A stretch of 63,894 bases of DNA, counting the filler, from NCBI GenBank assembly GCA_964501035.1. It is 3 parts of 3 records of this genome, joined end to end, with 100 filler letters (N's around TTAATTAATTAA, not from the genome) between each part and the next. Parts side by side here need not be neighbours in the genome. Positions count along the whole stretch, not along the records: positions 48,369 to 63,894 come from CAZCRK010000038.1; 2 more parts are not named here. One strand, written 5' to 3'. Each line of letters starts with the position of its first letter. The stretch's first letter is position 1. Made by a program: the position numbers and the translations under genes. Below the pieces are notes generated by a model. The model was not told the DNA's origin. It did no database searches and saw only the letters and a program-made list of their open reading frames with translations. Below are positions 59,274 through 63,894 of the stretch, in pieces.

Positions 59274-59693
59274 TTAAGAACCCAACTCTCTTCTTGAAAC
59301 AAATTTTGTCTTGAGGGGCAATTTATGCGAACACAATCTAAAAGCTTCTTGTGCATCAGACTCATCTAGTCCATCAAGTTCAAATAAAATTCGGCCAGGT
59401 TTGATAACTGCTACCCAATATTCTGGAGAACCCTTCCCTTTACCCATTCGAGTTTCAGCAGGTTTAATTGTTATAGCTTTATGTGGAAAAATTCGAATCC
59501 ACATTCTTCCTGTTTTTCTTACTTTTCGAGATATAGTGACACGAGCTGCTTCAATTTGCCTGCTTGTAATCCACCCACACTCGACAGCTTTTAATCCGTA
59601 CGTTCCAAAAGATACATAATCACCGGTATTTGCCATACCTCTCATTTTGCCCTTTTGGGGTTTACGATATTTAATTTTTCTTGGTGCTAACAT
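59274..59693 (-). CDS. rplP: 50S ribosomal protein L16
   Basis: QIEAAR, WIRIFP, RMGKGKG. Confidence 0.98.
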   Translation of the reverse strand: MLAPRKIKYRKPQKGKMRGMANTGDYVSFGTYGLKAVECGWITSRQIEAARVTISRKVRKTGRMWIRIFPHKAITIKPAETRMGKGKGSPEYWVAVIKPGRILFELDGLDESDAQEAFRLCSHKLPLKTKFVSRRELGS

Positions 59694-59702
59694 CGATCTA
59701 AA

Positions 59703-60338
59703 TTAACCTTGTCTTTTTCTTATTTCACCAGTATAAACCCAAACCTTCACACCGATTAAACCATAGGTAGTGTTTGCTTCTACTAAAGCATAGTCAATAT
59801 TTGCTCTTAACGTATGCAAAGGCACTCTACCTTCTCGGAAGGTTTCACTTCGTGCAATTTCTGCACCATTTAACCTACCAGAAACACAGACCCTTATTCC
59901 TTCAGCACCCATGCTCATAGTTGATTGAATAGTTTTTTTAACCGCTCTACGATAATTTACTTTCTTTTCAAGTTGTTGTGTTACATTTTGTCCAACAAGT
60001 TCTGCACTTAATGCAGGTCGTTTTACTTCGTTCACATTGACTTGAACATCATAGCCGATTAGTTTTTTCAAATCTTTTTTAAGTTTATCAACTTCAGATC
60101 CTCCGCGTCCAATCACAATACCTGGACGTGCAGTATGTACTGTAACAACAACTTTTCTTGGAGTTCTAGAAATTTCTACTTTTGAAACACTTGCTGTTTG
60201 CAACCTACTTTTCAAGTAGTTTCTAATGATAATATCTTCATGTAATTTGTCTGCATAGTTCTTTTCATCAAACCATACTGAATCCCATGATCTATTTATA
60301 CCTAAGCGTAAACCTATTGGATGTATTTTTTGTCCCAA
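59703..60338 (-). CDS. rpsC: 30S ribosomal protein S3 (TTG start)
   Basis: GQKIHPIGLRLG, GRLNGAEIAR, PLHTLRA. Confidence 0.98.
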   Translation of the reverse strand: MGQKIHPIGLRLGINRSWDSVWFDEKNYADKLHEDIIIRNYLKSRLQTASVSKVEISRTPRKVVVTVHTARPGIVIGRGGSEVDKLKKDLKKLIGYDVQVNVNEVKRPALSAELVGQNVTQQLEKKVNYRRAVKKTIQSTMSMGAEGIRVCVSGRLNGAEIARSETFREGRVPLHTLRANIDYALVEANTTYGLIGVKVWVYTGEIRKRQG

Positions 60339-60347
60339 ACTATCCCC

Positions 60348-60689
60348 TTAGTTTTTCTGATCTGAAATGATTATTGTCAAATGGCTACTTCGTTTCATAA
60401 TTGGAACGGCTCGCCCCATAGCTGCTGGCCTAAACCTTTTCATTACTGGACCTTCATCGACGTAGGCAGTTTTAATAAAAAGGGAATCGGAATCAAATGA
60501 TGCATCTTTTTCATTCATATTTGCTACAGCAGATTTTAATGTTTTAATAATGTATCGAGATGCCTTTTTGTTTGAAAACTGCAATTTTGAAAGTGCAGAA
60601 TCAACACCTAAACCTCTTACAGAATCTAAAACGAATCTTAGTTTTTTAGGTGATTGCCTTAAATGTCTTGCTCTTGCAATAGCTTCCAT
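60348..60689 (-). CDS. rplV: 50S ribosomal protein L22
   Basis: SPKK.R, SAVAN, VDEGP, AMGRA. Confidence 0.97.
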   Translation of the reverse strand: MEAIARARHLRQSPKKLRFVLDSVRGLGVDSALSKLQFSNKKASRYIIKTLKSAVANMNEKDASFDSDSLFIKTAYVDEGPVMKRFRPAAMGRAVPIMKRSSHLTIIISDQKN

Positions 60690-60691
60690 AA

Positions 60692-60961
60692 TTATCTCTT
60701 TCTATCTCCGGAATGACCTCTAAAAATTCGTGTTTTGGCAAATTCACCAAGCTTATGACCAACCATATTTTCTGAAACAAAGACTGGAATAAATTTATTC
60801 CCATTATGCACAGCAAATGTGTGTCCAACAAATAATGGAGAAATAGTTGATCTTCTAGCCCACGTTTTAATTGCTGTTTTTTTCTTAGTCTTGCTCATTT
60901 CTCGAACTTTCTTTTCGAGTTTAGCATCAACAAATGGTCCTTTTTTTAACGATCTTGGCAT
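60692..60961 (-). CDS. rpsS: 30S ribosomal protein S19
   Basis: [19 protein letters not shown]. Confidence 0.98.
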   Translation of the reverse strand: MPRSLKKGPFVDAKLEKKVREMSKTKKKTAIKTWARRSTISPLFVGHTFAVHNGNKFIPVFVSENMVGHKLGEFAKTRIFRGHSGDRKR

Positions 60962-60963
60962 TT

Positions 60964-61794
60964 CTACTTCCTACGCTTTACTATATATTTGTTAGATTGT
61001 TTATTTTTCTTGCGAGTTTTATAACCCTTTGCAGGCGTACCCCAAGGAGAAACAGGATGTCGGCCACCCGATGTTCTACCTTCACCACCACCATGTGGAT
61101 GATCTACAGGGTTCATAGCAACACCTCTAACTTTGGGGCGTCTGCCTAACCATCTAGATCTTCCTGCTTTACCTATTTTAATATTTTCATGACTTTTATT
61201 TCCAACAATACCAATAGTTGCAAAACACTCTTCTCTAACCATTCGCATTTCACCGGATGGTAGCTTAATTGTCACCATTTTATTTTCTTTTGCCATGATA
61301 CGTGCATAAGCACCAGCACTTCGTGCCATTTGAGCACCTTTTCCAGGTTTTAACTCAATATTATGGATTAACAATCCTTCAGGAATCATATGCATTGGCA
61401 TTGTATTTCCAGTTTTGAAAGGGATTGTATTTTCTTTAGATGACACCACTTTATCGCCAACTTTCAATCCATCTGGTGCAATAATATATCTATTTTCCCC
61501 ATCATCATATTTTAATAATGCAATCCTTGGAGATCTATTTGGGTCATATTCAATGGCTACTACAGTTGCCTGTACATCATATTTATTACGTTTAAAATCA
61601 ATTAAACGATAACGACGCTTATGACCACCACCTCTTCTTCGAGATGTAATTTTACCTTGATTGTTTCTACCACCAGTTTTGCGTAATGCTCGAGTTAATT
61701 TTCTCTCAGGCTTTGACTTTGTAATTTCTTCGAAAGTCGAAACTGACATATAACGTCTACTGGGTGTATCTGGTTTTAATTTTCTAACTGGCAT
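60964..61794 (-). CDS. rplB: 50S ribosomal protein L2
   Basis: [23 protein letters not shown]. Confidence 0.98.
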   Translation of the reverse strand: MPVRKLKPDTPSRRYMSVSTFEEITKSKPERKLTRALRKTGGRNNQGKITSRRRGGGHKRRYRLIDFKRNKYDVQATVVAIEYDPNRSPRIALLKYDDGENRYIIAPDGLKVGDKVVSSKENTIPFKTGNTMPMHMIPEGLLIHNIELKPGKGAQMARSAGAYARIMAKENKMVTIKLPSGEMRMVREECFATIGIVGNKSHENIKIGKAGRSRWLGRRPKVRGVAMNPVDHPHGGGEGRTSGGRHPVSPWGTPAKGYKTRKKNKQSNKYIVKRRK

Positions 61795-61801
61795 ACTTTA
61801 T

Positions 61802-62110
61802 TTACACCTCTCCATCAACAAAATCTATAGAAAAACCATCTTGTAATGTTATAATGGCTTTTTTCCAACTTGAACGGTATCCTGAAGTTCTTAACACTCG
61901 CCCACCACTTCGAATTGTAGTATTTTTTTGCTTCCCGTTCACATTCAAAGTAGCTACTTTTTTAACCTTAACATTGAAGCGTTTTTCAACAGCTTTTTTA
62001 ATTTCCAACTTATTTGCACTAGTACTCACTTGAAATACATACTTTTTCAATGTACTTCCAAGCATAGAGCTCTTTTCACTTAAAATCGGTCTTATTATTA
62101 CAGAATTCAT
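61802..62110 (-). CDS. rplW: 50S ribosomal protein L23
   Basis: P.LSEKS, ANKLEIKKAVE, WKKAII. Confidence 0.96.
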   Translation of the reverse strand: MNSVIIRPILSEKSSMLGSTLKKYVFQVSTSANKLEIKKAVEKRFNVKVKKVATLNVNGKQKNTTIRSGGRVLRTSGYRSSWKKAIITLQDGFSIDFVDGEV

Positions 62111-62113
62111 AAT

Positions 62114-62743
62114 TTATCCAGCCAATTGTGTATTTAATGCGGCTACTCCAGCCTTATCTAACAATAAAGTCTGGCAGTCCATAATGTCATAAGTTGATGC
62201 TTTGCCAGCAGGAATAACAGTTACATTTTTTGCATTTCGAGAACTTAACCATAAATTCTCACCAATATCATTTGTCAATATAGTAATTTTTTTACCCGTT
62301 AAATTCAAATTCGATAGAACAGTAATGAATTCTTTTGTTTTAGGAGTTTCAAAAGAAATATCATCAATTACTAACAATTGTTTTTCAGCAAACTTTTTAG
62401 AAAGTGCACTTTTTCTAGCCAAGGATTTAACCTTTTTATTTATTTTACTTGTGTAAGAATGTGGTTTTGGACCAAAAGCCGACCCACCATGCACTCGAGA
62501 AGGATTTCTTGAAGAACCTACTCTTGCTCGACCAGTACCTTTTTGCTTCCATGGCTTTGCACCACCACCACGAACCTCACCTCGTGTTTTAGATGAGTGA
62601 GTCCCTTGATGCAGTGATGCCATTTCAGATTTTACAGCTAAGTAGATACAATGCTCATTTGGCTCAACACCAAATACATCTTTATTAAGATCTACTTTCT
62701 TTCCTGTCTTATCACCACTTTTTGATAAAATATCTGTTTTCAT
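62114..62743 (-). CDS. rplD: 50S ribosomal protein L4
   Basis: KPWKQKGTGRAR, FGPKP. Confidence 0.97.
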   Translation of the reverse strand: MKTDILSKSGDKTGKKVDLNKDVFGVEPNEHCIYLAVKSEMASLHQGTHSSKTRGEVRGGGAKPWKQKGTGRARVGSSRNPSRVHGGSAFGPKPHSYTSKINKKVKSLARKSALSKKFAEKQLLVIDDISFETPKTKEFITVLSNLNLTGKKITILTNDIGENLWLSSRNAKNVTVIPAGKASTYDIMDCQTLLLDKAGVAALNTQLAG

Positions 62744-62744
62744 T

Positions 62745-63485
62745 TTATTTCGCTATATATATAATTTCATTATTTGCACCAGGAACAGCTCCAGATACAA
62801 ATAACAAATTGTTTTCTAGATCCACACGTACAACTTGTAAATTCTTTACAGTCACTTTGTCATTCCCCATTCGTCCAGCCATACGAGTTCCCAACCAAAC
62901 TTTTGACGGGTCTGATCCTGCACCAATTGATCCTGACTTTCTCATCACACTATTTTTACCATGTGATCGACGACCTCCACCGAAACCATGTCTTTTCATA
63001 TGTCCGGCAAATCCATGACCTTTAGAAGTACCAGTAACTGACACATTATCACCTAACTCAAAACTGGTTACATCTACAGTATCACCAACTTTATATTCAA
63101 CATCATTTTCAAATCTGCATTCTTTTAAATGTTTTTTTGAAGAAACGCTGGACTTTTCAAAGTGTCCCTTTTGCGCTTTGTTAGTTTTTGCATCTTTTAG
63201 ATTTTTAAAACCTAACTGAACCGCTGAGTAACCATCATTAGATTCTGTTTTAACTTGTGTAACAATACAGGGTCCTGCTTCAACAACAGTTACAGGATAA
63301 TCTATTCCAGAATCATTGAATATTCGTGTCATTCCAATTTTCTTACCAATCAAAAAAGGAATTTCAACAGATGATGCAACTGACTCTTCTACTGTTTCAG
63401 CTGTCTCCTTTTCAGCCTTAGTAGTTACTTCTTCAACTACTTCTTGCTGTTTTTCAACTTCTTGTTTTTTATCTTCCATAACCAT
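62745..63485 (-). CDS. rplC: 50S ribosomal protein L3 with acidic N-terminal extension
   Basis: GKKIGMT, DGYSAVQLG, SKGHGF, GAVPG. Confidence 0.96.
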   Translation of the reverse strand: MVMEDKKQEVEKQQEVVEEVTTKAEKETAETVEESVASSVEIPFLIGKKIGMTRIFNDSGIDYPVTVVEAGPCIVTQVKTESNDGYSAVQLGFKNLKDAKTNKAQKGHFEKSSVSSKKHLKECRFENDVEYKVGDTVDVTSFELGDNVSVTGTSKGHGFAGHMKRHGFGGGRRSHGKNSVMRKSGSIGAGSDPSKVWLGTRMAGRMGNDKVTVKNLQVVRVDLENNLLFVSGAVPGANNEIIYIAK

Positions 63486-63787
63486 TACGTTTTAATCTCT
63501 ATATCAACACCAGCTGGCATATCCAATTTCATAAGCGCATCAACTGTTTTAGATGTTGAATTCATTAAATCAACAATTCTTTTATGCACTTTAATTTGAA
63601 ATTGCTCTCTAGATTTTTTATCAACATGAACCGATCTATTCACTGTAAACACACTACGTTTTGTTGGCAAGGGAATTGGTCCTAAAACTAAAGCACCAGT
63701 ATTTTTTGCAGTTTTAACAATCTTTTGAGTTGACTTATCCAACAAAACATGATCATATGCTTTAAGTCTGATTCGTATCTTATTCAT
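63485..63787 (-). CDS. rpsJ: 30S ribosomal protein S10
   Basis: [24 protein letters not shown]. Confidence 0.98.
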   Translation of the reverse strand: MNKIRIRLKAYDHVLLDKSTQKIVKTAKNTGALVLGPIPLPTKRSVFTVNRSVHVDKKSREQFQIKVHKRIVDLMNSTSKTVDALMKLDMPAGVDIEIKT

Positions 63788-63802
63788 GCTAAACTTTAGT
63801 CC

Positions 63803-63894
63803 TTACTCAATAATTTCAGTTACAACACCAGCACCAACCGTATGACCACCTTCACGTATAGCAAAACGAAGCTCTTTCTCCATTGCTATTGGGG
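63803..63894 (-). CDS. tuf: Elongation factor Tu, C-terminal end (rest outside window)
   Basis: Manual translation PIAMEKELRFAIREGGHTVGAGVVTEIIE*. Confidence 0.96.
   Translation of the reverse strand, partial: PIAMEKELRFAIREGGHTVGAGVVTEIIE

Noticed and set aside
3075..63025. Many 60-190 aa antisense or alternate-frame ORFs (e.g. 13370-13834, 19806-20312, 47233-47646, 57983-58564)
   Set aside because: They lie within well-supported genes and show no motifs or plausible composition; shadow ORFs.
1..63894. CRISPR arrays, tRNA/rRNA genes, transposases, integrases, defence systems, cohesin domains
   Set aside because: None recognised by eye. Intergenic gaps are short, with no repeat-spacer or cloverleaf patterns. 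A divergent cohesin or small ncRNA could have been missed without HMM/CM searches.

Overview
AT-rich bacterial DNA, probably a metagenome-assembled FCB-group genome. The dockerin-tipped hydrolases, PNPFNP-type T9SS tails, PorV paralog and SD use suggest Marinimicrobia/Marinisomatota (inference only). The window is three contigs joined by artificial 100-nt linkers (N44-TTAATTAATTAA-N44 at 24135-24234 and 48269-48368). Contig 1 holds yajQ (end), a trxA-trxB cluster, serB/plsY/asparaginase, the split pnt operon, a BNR-propeller plus frameshifted MoaD/ThiS pair, and four large secreted hydrolases that each end in a dockerin-like domain. Contig 2 holds Rrf2-sufB, a thioredoxin-ECF sigma-zinc anti-sigma module, pepF, and a thioredoxin/TPR lipoprotein that the ORF track truncates at an in-frame TGA. 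That TGA sits in a UxxC motif with a SECIS-like hairpin just downstream (probable selenoprotein). Contig 2 also has a tandem FKBP, a dockerin endonuclease I, and a 15.4-kb six-gene TonB receptor/PorV/T9SS-cargo operon with no SusD. Contig 3 is the tuf-S10-spc-alpha ribosomal cluster, including an rpmJ missed by the ORF track, followed by a GHL10 hydrolase. A GTAAATT motif recurs just upstream of most transcription-unit heads. I saw no rRNA, tRNA, CRISPR array or mobile element.
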